Origin: Felis catus
Taxonomy: Eukaryota
Assembly (NCBI RefSeq): GCF_018350175.1
Contig: NC_058376.1
Coordinates: forward strand, 32,798,001-32,862,000
Direction: 5' to 3'
DNA length: 64,000 nucleotides
Shown here: positions 11,984 through 23,701 of the stretch, piece after piece
How positions within the stretch are numbered: position 1 is the stretch's first letter
Layout of the letters: every line of letters starts with the position of its first letter
Notes under the pieces: model-generated
The model's input: the letters and a program-made list of their open reading frames with translations, nothing else
What the model was told of the DNA's origin: nothing
The model's database searches: none
Made by a program: the position numbers and the translations under genes

Positions 11984-12832
11984 GAAAATGTAATAATTAA
12001 ATGTAAACTACAAATTTCTTATACAAAACTTTAAAATTCCACTTAGAAGTTATACTTTACTCATAAAATGTAACACTCTCTATATAAACATAAACATTGT
12101 AAATGAGCTCTTTAATTTTTAATAAGCAATTGAGTATATGCAGAAATAAGTAGAGTTGATAGTCTCTATTTGTATCAGATGTAACACTATCATAAAAACG
12201 GAAAATTTGAATAGTCATGTTTAGGTGTGGCTATGCTTTGTTGAAGGTGAATTAATTTCCATGTCATACCTGAAAAACATAACTGTTCAAGTAACAATTC
12301 CAAAACTTTGCCAGTGTTTTTTTTTTTTAAACTAAGAACAGCATTTGCCTAAATAGCTTTAAAATTGTTTAAAACTGAGGAAAAAGCAAAGAAACTGGGC
12401 TCATCTTGAGCATATTTTATTGATCTATGCATATTTGTTTGTATCTCCCAAACCAAACTTGAATGGTCTTCAAAAATGGGGAATATGTCCTATTCATTTT
12501 GTATCATAATGATTAGACATAAAAGGTATATATTTTTAATTGAATTGATGCAAAACTTGTTACTTCAAATACCAAAGTACAAAGTTCTATTATTTCTCTG
12601 GTTATATACATTTATGATACTATAGGTCTCAGACTAGTATCTGCTAAATAGTTGAAAATCTGTCATAAAAATTCTTAAGCATTAAAGAGAACAATATATT
12701 TCTCTACTTTATATTTTTCATTTTTTGCTAATACAGTTTATTCAATGATAAAGGTACACATTATTCATCCCATATTTATCATAAATATATGTTAGTATAG
12801 TAAAAAAATGGATAAAGCAGTAATAAATGTAG

Positions 12833-12931
12833 AAATGTTTTAGCAAAATGTTTAGTAAAACATTTTAGTAAAATGTTAGCAAAACATTTTACTAAAATGT
12901 TTAGTAAAACATTTTACTAAAATGTTTAGTA
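12833..12931. repeat. Palindromic AT-rich minisatellite (24-25 bp unit)
   Basis: aaaacattttactaaaatgtttagt occurs exactly at 12881-12905 and 12906-12930; a variant lies at 12857-12880. Confidence 0.9.
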
Positions 12932-13659
12932 GAAGAAGGTGGTGTTTAAATATTTTAAGCCCCTCATACAAACACTATATTGAATGGCTGTTATAAAAAT
13001 AAATAATTTTAAAAACATACTTGTGGTGATTATTATTAAAGTTATTTTGAGAAATAATAGTGAGAATTTCCAAATGTCAAATATAATATTTATACCTTTA
13101 GGTAATGTATATTTTTTGACAATTTTCTACTTAGGTAATTTTATTTTACATACATATTTTATAAATAATTTTAACATTTACTTTTTATCAATTTATTTTC
13201 CTAAGCATCAGAGATATTTTTACTGAAAAATAAGTTTTTTCTGTTTAATTTCTCTAGAATTTCCCGTTTGTTTGAAGGCTTTCATTCTCTAAGTTAATTT
13301 TCTCTCTTGAAGTGTATCGCTACTAATAAATTGTCTCCAGTTTTTTTGTATTATCCCCCTGAAATCTCAGACATAATTTAGAAAAGTACATTATTAAAAT
13401 TCAATTCCCCTGGATAATTGCAAATGCCAGAAACTCAAACAGGGTAACTTGTTATATCTTCTAATTGGAAGAACTTACGTTAAGTGCAAAATGTCTTACA
13501 CTATTCTGAATCTTATTGTTTCCTTAAATTAAAAAAAAAAATCATGAACTATTTAAAATTAACATTAATGTTAGCATATGTATTGCAAAAACAGCAGAAC
13601 AGGAAGGGGGGTAAATATTTCTTAAGAGTTTCTATGCTACTGGGAAATAAGGCAGGGGA

Positions 13660-14020
13660 AACTTACACATGGGTTCAAAAATCTAGCTCTCTCTCGCCAG
13701 ATTTGTGGGACACCTGGGAAGTTCTTTACTGATACTCAACTATGTGAAGTATTGGGTGCAATGATACCTGTCTTGTAGGGAAGGCTGTTAGTTCAAACAG
13801 AAACTAAGAAAAGTTTATAGCACGGTGCTCACCAAGCAGCAATTTTTTTTTTTTAAATGGTACCACAGAGCATATGGTTTCTATGACCCCAATACATATG
13901 TCACTTGATTTCCACAACAATTCAATGAAGAAACAGAAGTTCAGAGAGGATGGCTTATTTGTATCTAAAACAGCTGGACACAGACTTTGAATCCAAGAGT
14001 CTGTGATATAGAGCCCATAA
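13660..14020. mobile_element. Two degenerate MIR fragments in opposite orientation
   Basis: gggttcaaa...cctgggaagtt...atacctgtcttgtaggg on +, and gaagaaacagaagttcagagagg...gactttgaatccaag on -. Confidence 0.5.
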
Positions 14021-15732
14021 AACTAACTCGTCTACAAGTCACAGGAACTCAACTTTTGTCTAGCTATTCACTGATCTAGTGGTGTGTAAAATATGGGGGT
14101 TCAATTCAGTAATGTTTGGCAATTAAGATTCTAAAGAATTGAGATCAATCTAGAAGATAAAAATACATCTAGTTGTTAATAATCTATAAACCAACTTCTC
14201 TGCACCCTCCCACCCGCCACCAATTGTTGTATTCTAACAGGTTGTCAATAACAGGACAGAAATTTTACCCTCTGGTAGTATGAATTGGGTTTATCACTGT
14301 TTCCACACAGTGAAATCAATTTTCTGCTAAATCCACAGGAGATTTCCATGCATAAACTGACATGAAACCTAATAGTAATTATTTGAAAAAATAGTTTTAT
14401 CGTTGCCTGGGAATATACTTGAAAACCAATCTGAATAGATATTACATTATTTCATTGTACTCAAACAAAACCATTCAACAAAAAGCACATTTTTTCCCAT
14501 AGAGATAAACTGAGGTCTATACAGCTCAATGTTTATTTCATCATTTGATTTTTAAAAAATTAATCTATTGTTACATTTTCAACAAATTTTGCAGAGTCTT
14601 AACCAAACATTAAAAAGAACATTTTGCTTACAGTACTGTAAAGCCTGCTACTTATTTTAATTTGATTCAGATCTGTTACTACGATGACCCAAGATAATTC
14701 AGCTGCTAGCGAGTTTGTTAACATTACTGCTAAATCAAATTCTCCAAAGTTTCTTAATAACTAATACTATTCATAAAACAGTAAGATTTACAACTGTACT
14801 TTAACATGTCCATATACGGAGAAGGAAAATTCTTCCTTTCTTATACATTGAATTCATTTACATTTCAAGGAGATATCGATTATTTCAATGACAAAAAAAG
14901 AGAGAATTACAGTCTCTGAGATTATCAAGGTCCTTTTGGAGAGCTACACTCAGCAAAAGGATTAATGACATTTATGGAAACATTATCAACCCTCAAACTA
15001 AATGGTTCAAAAGAAGGACAATTGAATTTGCTCATTTCAGTAAAACAAATTGCATTAAACAGCTAAATGTTCCTCCTATATATTCAGAAATGACTAATAT
15101 GCTCACTTGCAAGATTAAGTCATTTCTGCTGTTTTAAATATGGCCTTTCATAAACTGCTGACAGAGCCCCTGGAAGGATATTATGCCAATTTAATGCAAG
15201 TATCCATTTTCATCAAATTGCTTGAATATAATGCTGTGGAATGTTCTAGTTCACAAATACTTACATGAGATTCAGTGGGTACAGTAGAAAGGAGTCTTCC
15301 CTTTCCTATGCCTTGGAAATATTCATCCTCTGATCCACTAAATAATGCCAGACTTACCATCATAGAGCTCATAAAGAGGCTCAGTGTGGATAGATTTAGT
15401 GGTCTCTACCCAAATATTTTGCCCTATGCCAACAGCAAACAAGGGAAATGAACAAAACCCAGGACTACTAGGTTATAGATACGTAGGTTGATGCTGTTTG
15501 ATTTCTCCCATTCAGTTGTGCTTTGCTGCAAATTCCTTCCTCCAAATAGACCCATGAAATTTACCATCCTGGAATAGGAGACAATGGCTACTCCATCTAC
15601 CAACAAAAACAAAAAAAATAATCTTCAAAATAGTCTTTGCTTTTTGGTGAGAGGACTTGTTACATTTTTTTAAATCTTCTGCATAAGATGAGGAGATAAT
15701 CCTGGAGAATTTAGTTTGGAATAATCTAGCTA

Positions 15733-16086
15733 TTTTATTTTTTCTTTACATTTTTAAGTAGGCTCCACACCAAATGCGGGGCTTAAATTCACCACCTCGA
15801 GATCAAGAGTGGCAAGTTCATGGGGCGCCTGGGTGGCGCAGTCGGTTAAGCGTCCGACTTCAGCCAGGTCACGATCTCGCGGTCCGGGAGTTCGAGCCCC
15901 GCGTCAGGCTCTGGGCTGAAGGCTCAGAGCCTGGAGCCTGTTTCTGATTCTGTGTCTCCCTCTCTCTCTGCCCCTTCCCCGTTCATGCTCTGTCTCTCTC
16001 TGTCCCAAAAATAAATAAAACGTTGAAAAAAAATTAAAAAAAAAAAAGAGTGGCAAGTTCTACTGACTGAGCCACACAGATGCTCC
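15733..16086 (-). mobile_element. Older short CanSINE split by a young SINE insertion
   Basis: ttttaagtaggctccacacc...gagatcaagagtggcaagttc resumes as tactgactgagccac after the insert; its own TSD aatctagcta is at 15723-15732 and 16087-16096. Confidence 0.88.
15822..16045 (+). mobile_element. Young felid CanSINE (SINEC_Fc type)
   Basis: ggggcgcctgggtggcgcagtcggttaagcgtccgacttcagccaggtcacg; TSD aagagtggcaagttc at 15805-15819 and 16046-16060. Confidence 0.98.
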
Positions 16087-16199
16087 AATCTAGCTAGTTT
16101 AAAGAGAAGATACTTATACACTCTTAGCTGGAGTCCAGAAGAAAGGAGGATGTAATGTAGGAGATGAAAACTAACATCCAAACATTTTTCTGTCCCTAA

Positions 16200-16222
16200 T
16201 TTTTTAAAAAATATTTATTTAT

Positions 16223-16262
<40 letters not shown>

Positions 16263-16435
16263 CATGTGAGCAGAGCAAGAGCAGATCTGAGAGAGGGAGC
16301 AAGAGAATCCCACGCAGGCTCCCTGCTATCAGCACAGTGCCCGACACAGGGCTCAATCCTGCAAACCTTGAGATCATGATCTGAGCCGAAATCAAGAGCC
16401 CAGAGGCTCAACCCACTGAGCCACCCAAGTGCCCC
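16200..16435 (-). mobile_element. CanSINE with long (GA)n
   Basis: gagatcatgatctgagccgaaatcaagag...gagccacccaagtgcccc. Confidence 0.94.
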
Positions 16436-17910
16436 CCCCTCATTTTTTTTTTGACAAGAGGAAAAATGGAGAACAAAGTAAAATCTGTCAGATGCATCAA
16501 AGTTTTTTTTTTTTTCTCATTTACAGGTGACACAGATTTGTAAAATAATCTGAAGGAAATATGGTTGAATGTTACAGCTACTTCCAGGTAAGGCAAAGGG
16601 GATGTTAACTTTCCTCCGGCTGCCCTCACTCTCTTGTAACACAGGCACCGAGTGGACAATGTAGGGGCTTGTCTTGCATTCAGCTGAATCACAACAGGAA
16701 ACCCAGTGGTTGTGGGGCAGGTGCAGCAGACAGTCCCACTTGTGTGTGAATAAATTAACGGGACGCCCCTGTCCACGGTTAGAAAATAACTTAGGTGTGA
16801 ATACTGAATCTCAACAACGAAACTGAAAAGATATTTTATTGCCCCAAATATAACATGAATTGTCTGAATATGAAGAATCTGATCCTGTTTCTCAGTTGGT
16901 TGGTTGATGATTGGTGGAAGATTAGATTATATGGGTCTTTCTCTCACAATATATGAATGTAGGTCCCATTCTTTATATATCACAGCAAGTTCCTAAAACA
17001 CCTAAAAAGGGATTTTATCAATTATATTAAAATGAATGAAGAGCCACAAATAAATTATGCAGAATTACAAAGCTTGTTTGTTTACTGTTTAGTAACAAGA
17101 GATCATATTGACCTGATATCTCCTTTTCTTTTCTTTTTTCTTTGTTTTCATCGATTTACTTTGTGGAAAATGCTTTCTGGATAATCATACAAGCTTTTGT
17201 TTTCATAACACTGTAATGAGATTTGTATTAAATAAATTCATATGAAAATATATTAATCCATGTTCCTAGCAATAGAAAACACTATTGTATTTGCTTCATC
17301 TACATTTTTCACTGTTTGGAATACTTTAGGTAGACAGCACAATAAATATGCATACACAAATAGGTGTGATTTTATCAAAATATTACACATTCAAACATTG
17401 AAACTGCTTTGGTTATTACAGCAAAACAGCTAAATCCTTGTCTCAACACTGGGAATCTTTCATGTTTGGGTTTAATGGGAATTTGAGACCCAAAGATTAG
17501 TATTTACTAGTCCCTATGCCATATTTGAATCATTGCAACCATTATCGTCTGTTGAATTAAAGGAGCTTCCTGCTCCTAGATAGCCTCTTAGACCAAATGA
17601 CAAGGCTTAAAATGGTGCTCATTTACAACCATGTAATTTAAAAATCAGTTAAAAGAAAAAGCCTCCCATTTTTCCTGATAGAATTCAGTAACTTTTAGAA
17701 ATATTGTCAGTGATACAGTTGAATGCCCCAAGCATAGAAACGTGGAGAAATATTTTGATGTCATAAAGAAGAAACAACTCAACCATCTTTCTGGAATATT
17801 CATTTTAAAAAAACAATTTATGAGAAGCCTTCTTTACACCTTATGTATTTATAAACACATGATGCCTCCAAGATGCACAACTAAATGTATGAAATAATCT
17901 GTTATATATA

Positions 17911-18273
17911 TTTTTTTTAACTTAAAGTTTAGTTATTTAATATACAGTGTAATATTAGTTTCAGGAGTAAAATTCTGTGATTCATCACTTAACATAAAAC
18001 ACGCAGTGCTCATCACACATGCCTTTCTGTGTACCTAACACCCATCTGGCCAATCCGCCACCTACCTCCCTCCATCAACCCACAGTTTGTTCTCTATCAT
18101 TAAGAATCTCTTGTGGTTTTCTTCTCTCTCTTCTTCCCCCCGACCCGGCCACTTCCTATACGCCCATCTGTTTTGTTTCTTAAGTTCTACCTATGAGCCA
18201 AATTATATGGTATTTGTCTTTCTCTGACTTATATCACTTAGCATAATACATTCCAGCTCTATCCACGCCTTGC
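17911..18273 (-). mobile_element. Carnivore L1 3' fragment
   Basis: Antisense of the same 3' UTR as 9339-9556 (gtgattcatcactt...cagtgctcatcac...cagtttgttctctat), plus ORF2-end sequence atggtatttgtctttctctgactta. Confidence 0.9.
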
Positions 18274-19169
18274 GACATATATTTGAACTCTGACAGAAAT
18301 GTCAAATTCATAATGTTTTTTGTTGGCTTTAAGACAATGCCTTGTAGCATTTTTATTTACCACTCAGCTAATATTCTGTAGTTTTCATTTCTATCTCATA
18401 TAGAGCAACAAGTGTGCTTATTAGAGATTAGTAATGTCTTATCTAAAATGGTTTGAGAAAGGTCACTTTTTATTAGAGATGTTATTTAAAAATAAACAAC
18501 TGAAAGATTTGGTCAGGATTGAAGGGAAATTGTGTATTGGATCGCAATGAGTTAACTGAACCTTCAAAATTTCTATAAAAATTGAGTCAAAATAGTGAAA
18601 TTGCATTATTTAACTGAAAAAGAGTATTTTAAAATACCCTAATAATAAACTTTAATAAATAGATCCATGATGCACCTGCTTCTCTCTTCATTCATAGAAT
18701 AAATGTAATTGTTCACCATTTTAAGGTAAAATAGTTAAGGACATGAGATGGGACTTGGAAAATCATCCCTTTCTTGCCAACCTAAGAAATATATTTGTTG
18801 ATATAAGGTAAAGCCCTCACATTATAATTCGCTTTTATGTAACAGTATAAAATAATATAATAACAATAAAATAGCTTTAAAATGACTTTAAAGATTTACA
18901 GCTCTAAAATAATATTTAATGATTCAAAACTGCAAACTTTTTCTAAAACAGAACTGTTTTAATATTGCATTTTATTGCTGCCAAAGCACTCAGAGCACTA
19001 ATATGTTTTCTTCAAATTTTATACTCATTCCCAGGTCCTATTGCAACAGTAGGTATGAAATGAGGTTCTACCTATGAACAATGACTCTCAAACACATGTC
19101 ATCAGCAGAGGGTGATGTGCTGACTTCCAAAGAGACAGATTTTCCATTTTCCTGTTTGACATTGTTAAT

Positions 19170-19900
19170 TGGATTTGACATTCTGAATGCAACATACCCA
19201 AAAGAAATTTATGATCTCCCGTCAAAACATACACTGAAAGAATGACATCGCCATCTATCCATAACATAGGTAGAAACCTTCAAGGCACCCTAGCGCTTGC
19301 TTTCTTCTTTATACTACCCATATGTAATTACAACCAAGGCTGGTCAATTTTGCCTTCTAAATGCCTTTCAAATTCATCCATTCTTAATGAACCCTGCCAT
19401 GACTACTCTGGTTGAAACTGGGCCTTGACTACAGACAGCTTCCTAGCTGACTTGACCTCTACTCTAGCTCCTTATCAAGCAACCAGAATGATCTTTCAGA
19501 ACTGGACATGTTTAACCACCCCACACTCACATCTTTCAGCCACATGAGCACACAGGTCCTTCTGTGGATATTCTTTGTTCCTACACTGAAGTGGAAGTCC
19601 TTTCCATGACTTCCAGATCTTGCATGGTGTGTCTTCACTTTCTAGCAGAACATCTTGCAGGACATAACCCCTCATTCTGTGCTCAGCCACACCAGCCAAT
19701 CTTCATTTTCTTAAATAAATCATTCTTCATACAGCTAAATGTTATCTTTGTATGTTGCTTCTTTTCCCTGGAGACTCTTCCCCCAGCACTCATCCCAAAT
19801 TTTTTTCATTCATCAGTCAGACATCATTTCTTTACAGAACCTACCTCAACCTCTTCAAGTTGGTTGCCGTATTTTGTTTTCTACTCGCATGTCAGTAGAC
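19170..19900 (+). mobile_element. L2 fragment
   Basis: gaatgacatcgccatctatcca, agaaacct, accaaggctggtcaattttgccttctaaat and aaccagaatgatcttt follow the L2 consensus order. Confidence 0.65.
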
Positions 19901-19906
19901 ATGCTC

Positions 19907-20285
19907 TGCAATGGACCAATGTTTGTGTCCTTCCAAAATTCATGTAGTGAAATCCNNNNNNNNNNNNNNNNNNNNNNNNNNNNNNNNNNNNNNNNNNNNN
20001 NNNNNNNNNNNNNNNNNNNNNNNNNNNNNNNNNNNNNNNNNNNNNNNNNNNNNNNNNNNNNNNNNNNNNNNNNNNNNNNNNNNNNNNCATGTGAGGATGC
20101 AGACAGAAGATGGCCATCTATGAANNNNNNNNNNNNNNNNNNNNNNNNNNNNNNNNNNNNNNNNNNNNNNNNNNNNNNNNNNNNNNNNNNNNNNNNNNNN
20201 NNNNNNNNNNNNNNNNNNNNNNNNNNNNNNNNNNNNNNNNNNNNNNNNNNNNNNNNNNNNNNNNNNNNNNNNNNNNNNNNNNNNN
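19907..20285 (+). mobile_element. MLT1A-like MaLR solo LTR, mostly hidden by N gaps
   Basis: 5' end tgcaatggaccaatgtttgtgtccttccaaaattcatgtagtgaaatcc and internal island catgtgaggatgcagacagaagatggccatctatgaa; both match the copy at 25343-25674. Confidence 0.8.
19956..20285. other. Assembly gaps: N x132 (19956-20087) and N x161 (20125-20285)
   Basis: Read directly. Confidence 0.99.
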
Positions 20286-21302
20286 TTGTAGTATTTATTA
20301 CACCTATATTTGAAATCAACTTGTCAGATCTGCTGATTAATTACCATTTTCTCACAGTTTCTAAACTCTTTAAGAACGGGAGACAATAGTAGTCAGGGCA
20401 GGTGATGAAAATGGCTCAATCTAGTTGCTATGTAAATACTTGCCACACAAAATTATAATAATTAAATTGAAATAATGTGAAATTTTTTCTACGTCTGAAT
20501 ACTTAATACTTAAACATACACCAAACATGAATGTTAAGGTACTATTCTGGAAATTCTGAGAAATATAACAAGTTTGTCCTTGACCTGTGTTTTGTGTTTT
20601 CTATAAGAATTTATAATCCCAGTGCCTAGCTCAGTAGCATCTCAGAATTAGACACTCATTTATTCAATATGTAAACACACTATCTTAAACATGGTATTTG
20701 CCTTACGGTTGGCATATCCAACTAGGAAAATCAAACCCTAAGTATGAAATGTTGATCATAATATGAGTTTCAAAGCACAAATCAAAAGTTATCATTAGGA
20801 AAGACCTGAATTATCATCAGATGAATTGTACAGATAATAGGAACAGGAGAAGTGAAAAGGAACACAGATCATTAGAACTTGAGAGTATGATATGCTGAAG
20901 ACAAGATTTGAGATATGTCCTGAAACTTCAAGATGTCTTACTGGCATTGAATTTTTAGTCAAGGTGGATGGTGTGTGAATAGAGGGTTCTGTCCGGAGCT
21001 AAGTTTAGGAGATGCTGCTGGTTGATTTGTGGGGGGTGGGGGGTGGAGTGGAATCTGAGTGATATAATTTGATTTTGTCCTGAAGGCAGTGAGAGATTTT
21101 CAGGGATTTTTAGTTAGGGTAACACAAATTATATAAGAGATAAACTGACATTAGACTATCTCAGTAATTCAGGGTGAAGTGATGGTAGTTACAGATAGTA
21201 GCAGGAATGAAGAAGGGGGAGTAATTGGGAGATACTGGAACCAACAGGAAGGGAAGATTTAAGCCTTAACACACAAATTGACCCCAAAGTTTTATGCTTT
21301 CT

Positions 21303-21534
21303 TTTTTTTTTTATTTTTTTTAATTTTTTTTCAACGTTTATTTATTTTTGGGACAGAGAGAGACAGAGCATGAACAGGGAAGGGGCAGAGAGAGAGGGAG
21401 ACACAGAATCGGAAACAGGCTCCAGGCTCTGAGCCATCAGCCCAGAGCCTGACGCGGGGCTCGAACTCCCGGACCGCGAGATCGTGACCTGGCTGAAGTC
21501 GGACGCTTAACCGACTGTGCCACCCAGGCGCCCC
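21303..21534 (-). mobile_element. Young felid CanSINE (SINEC_Fc type)
   Basis: Full length with long T tract; TSD caaagttttatgctttct at 21285-21302 and 21535-21552. Confidence 0.98.
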
Positions 21535-22793
21535 CAAAGTTTTATGCTTTCTATATTTTTCCAGATTTTTAAAAGTTAAAGAGAGATAAGTTCAATTATA
21601 GATGTATTATAAAACAGCAAGGCACACAAGTGGAACTGTTGAGCAAGTAACTAGAAAAATGAGTCCAAAGTTTGGTTAAATATATCAGGCCTGATTGTGT
21701 TATTGAATATAAAAAAAGTCAATTTGAATACAGAATTTCTCAGAGTATAGAGATGGTAAAGGGAGAAGACCATCAGATCTTCATGTAAACCACTGATATT
21801 TTCTCATATATTACATAAACATATTCAAATACAAGTACATATCTCTCATCTCTATATCCTGAACTACTGTGATCCCTGTCACTACTGTCAAAAAGGCTTG
21901 GAACTTTCAAAGAATCTATAGGTTCAGAGATAAAGGAAAGAAGGAAGCAAAAATCTGGAACAGTGCAGAAAAGGGTTTACTGGTAAACAAAGCAAACTCA
22001 AAATGTTCTCCCTCACCCCATAACCCATTTCATGAGTATCCTATATTGTTACAAATTCTATCATTTATGGTTTCACTTAGATTCACCCTTTTCTATTGAG
22101 TTATGTTTACGGGACTATGGCTCAGTCATCATCTGTAATAGTTAAAATAACCAAACTACATTTCAAAATGTCTTAATTATTTGAAAAGTATTGGTGGCAG
22201 GTAAGTAATAAAAAAATACACAGTGGGGAAATTTTTGTTGTAGTAGAGAATATTTGCTGGTGCTTGTATAGGCCTTGGCCATGCAGGGGAAATACACAGG
22301 GAGTGGACAGAGGGCACAGAAAAGGAAATGGAAGGAAATAAAATATGGACTGTACAATTTAAATCTTTGAGGTTACAATGATGATTTATCCTAGTGAACA
22401 TTTAAAATATTTTCTGCGCCATCAGTTTTGGTCATTAATTATGTAATACCTAGTGGTTTGTTTTCACTTGTTCTGTAAAACAATTTTCAAAAATTTACTT
22501 TATAATTATTTAACTTTTTACATAATTCCTAATTCAGTAAGATGACTCAATGGGATAAGATTATTTAATTTTTCTTATTTTTTTTTCCTGTGGCAAGTCA
22601 ATAGTCAAAACTCATATGAAATTACTAGTAAATATTTAACTTTACTTATGGGATTAATATTCTTTCTATTCTTTTTTATACTGGACTTATATAGACAACT
22701 GGAAATGTATGATATTTTTGTGGGCTCTAGAAAGTGCAGGTAAGGATTGGGTCAAATCTAAATTGCCTTTCTTCCTCTTAAGTGTATACCATG

Positions 22794-23011
22794 GGGGCGC
22801 CTGGGTGGCTCAGTTGGTTAAGCGGCCGACTTCGGCTCATGCCATGATCTCGCGGTCTGTGAGTTCGAGCCCCGTGTCGGGCTCTGTGCTGACCGCTCAG
22901 AGCCTGGAGCCTGTTTCAGATTCTGTGTCTCCCTCTCTCTGACCCTCCCCTGTTCATGCTCTGTCTCTCTCTGTCTCAAAAATAAATAAACGTTAAAAAA
23001 AATTTAAAAGA
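22794..23011 (+). mobile_element. CanSINE (felid)
   Basis: Full length; TSD aagtgtataccatg at 22780-22793 and 23012-23025. Confidence 0.97.
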
Positions 23012-23213
23012 AAGTGTATACCATGATTCTGAAGATATATTAGACCCCCCAGGATGTATTACCAGAGTATATTTTGCCTCAGAATTAATTAACGTATTTT
23101 AAGCAATTTGTAAACTTTTTGAAATACAAGAATGTGTTTTGGGTATTAGGACTCTAGTATATTTATTATCTTCTATTGACACTTTAAAAAATGTGTAATA
23201 TTGACTTTCATAT

Positions 23214-23701
23214 TTTGGCAGTTTTTCCACAGTGGTGAGCACAGACATTCACATTCTAATGCTTAAAACCTATAAATATGTTATGGTATGTGGAAAATGG
23301 AAATGAAGGTAGCAATAGAAATTAGATTTTCTATTCAGCTGACCTTAAAACAGGGATACTATCCTGTGAATATGCAGGATAATATCCCGGGTGAATCAGC
23401 ATACTCATCTTAAGTGTGGAAGAGCTAAGAAGACTGAAAGTCAGAGTTTATATGATGTGAAAGACTCAAACGCACATAGTTGGATTTGAAGATGAAATGT
23501 AGGCATGTAGGCAGCCTCTAGAAAAGAAAAAGCAGGAAAATGGATCCTTAGAAGGGAACATAGCCCTATTGATAGCTTGCTTTTAAGCCAGTCAGAGCCA
23601 TGTTGGACTTCTGACCTACAGACCTATAAGATAATGCATTTTCTGTTTTAAGCCACTACGTTTTTGGCAATTGTTGAAAGCAGTAACAGAAACCGAATAT
23701 A
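23214..23701 (+). mobile_element. MaLR solo LTR (MLT1D/E-like)
   Basis: tcagctgaccttaaaacaggga, ggcagcctctagaa, tggacttctgacctacagacctataagataa, gttttaagccacta and terminal agaaaccgaatata. Confidence 0.8.

Noticed and set aside
12833-12931. CRISPR-like or other prokaryotic repeat array
   Set aside because: No unique spacers and no cas genes; the context is mammalian.
19739-20389. Longest ORFs in the track (216 aa, 154 aa and others)
   Set aside because: They are open only because N runs translate as X; the flanking sequence is L2/MLT1 repeat.
21331-21537. Recurring peptide family (GAPGW..RLSVRLQPGHDL / AQSVKRPTSAQVMIS) at many ORF positions, resembling a gene family
   Set aside because: These are translations of CanSINE copies, not genes.
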